Origin: the human T2T-CHM13v2.0 reference genome, Homo sapiens
Reading direction: 5' to 3' (one strand)
NCBI RefSeq assembly: GCF_009914755.1
Contig: NC_060939.1
Length of the DNA stretch: 64,000 nucleotides
The first letter of the stretch is position 1, and each line of letters starts with the position of its first letter. Below, in pieces: positions 62,650 through 64,000 of this stretch. Below the pieces are notes generated by a model. The model was not told where the DNA came from and ran no database searches. It saw nothing but the letters and a program-made list of their open reading frames with translations. The translations under genes were made by a program, and so were the position numbers.

Positions 62650-63753
62650 TTAAAATAAATTTATTTTGTAGTGCCTACTTCTTTGTTCAAGGAGTCCTGT
62701 CTACAGAGATAAAGTTTAATCTTTTAAGAGCGACTTTCCCTGTGGAAAAGCATTACTTGCCAAGCTAGCGTCACCGTGTTGTATAGGTCCCCAGACCACT
62801 GTAGTCTCTGTTAGAATTTTTTTTTCCTGTTTATCAACATAAAGTTTTCAGTCATTGAATATAACCACTGGGCTGTAAAGATTTCTCATAATGTATTTTA
62901 ACTGTTATTGTTTAGAAAAATAAATGGGCTTGATGCCCTGAATTAAAATATTGTTTTGGGATCATTAACTTCATATCATTTACAGATAGAATGGCTGGTA
63001 TATGCTAATAGGATTTTCAAAGTGTGGAATTAAATATGTTTGAGTTAAAATGACAAGGGGAGGGTGGGTTATCAGTGATTCTCATAATGATTTAGGCGCT
63101 TATCCTAACTGGGGTGGCATGAAGCCAGCATGCGTTGGTGATAGAAATCTAATACTCACTCGAATTTAATGATTAAGTAATTTTTAACCAACAGAAACAC
63201 TGCTGTTGGATTATATTCCTCAAAACAATATTAAATTTTGTAACACTTTCTAATCAGAAAGAATCCATGGGAATAATCCATATAGTATTGTAATTTATCA
63301 TGCTTTAAGAGGGGAACAACTCATGCCTCTTGAGAAAGCTGATTATTTCTCGCCTAATTAAATGCTAACATTTTAGGGTCCATTGCAAGTTGAAACCCAC
63401 AAAACCTTCCTGCTGTGTAAAGTGCCTGAAATGTGTTTTAAAATATTTTGCATTTTTTCACCCCAGTTGTGCTTGGGTGTTGATAATGTCTGGCTGATAG
63501 TAGTTGGGAAACAGTGCTTTATTGTCTTTCTGTTTTTTAAATACAAATCCCATGGCTGCCTCTCCTAATATTCTTCCTCCTTGCAGAGTCCCATCTTCTG
63601 TCTGTCTGGAATCATACCTTCCTCCACTCCCATGCCCACTCTCCATCCAGGCTTCACCACTGGCTCCTAGACATTGCAGTATTCATCCTTGCTGCCCTCT
63701 CTGCCTCTGGTTTCTGCCTTTTGCATGGATCCTGCACACGGCAACCAAGTTAA

Positions 63754-64000
<247 letters not shown>

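Overview
Human genomic DNA: an AluYb8, an essentially human-specific subfamily, sits at 35.7 kb. The window is repeat-rich and non-coding. I find no supportable protein-coding exon, RNA gene or CRISPR array, and I cannot name the locus. The longer ORFs in the track come mostly from Alu, LINE, LTR or microsatellite sequence; the rest show no recognisable protein family. Contents: about 27 Alus (many with readable target-site duplications), L1 3' fragments, L2/MIR/CR1 fossils, MaLR and ERV1 (MER4-group) LTRs including a proviral 5' end with a tRNA-Ser primer-binding site, DNA-transposon fossils (Tigger, MER5, MER58, MER96), and unique stretches that look regulatory. Most L1 and LTR copies are on the minus strand, which suggests an intron of a plus-strand transcript. 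I did not find a convincing new biological system. Best leads: an Alu carrying 50 bp of extra sequence between two A-tails inside its TSD (possible 3' transduction), a divergent pair of extended CTCF-like motifs, a (TA)26-containing microsatellite born inside an Alu tail next to a tight inverted Alu pair, a near-pristine AluYb8, a candidate non-coding exon, and readable CR1 RT and Tigger transposase fossils. Repeat subfamily names are from recalled consensus sequences and need RepeatMasker/Dfam confirmation.
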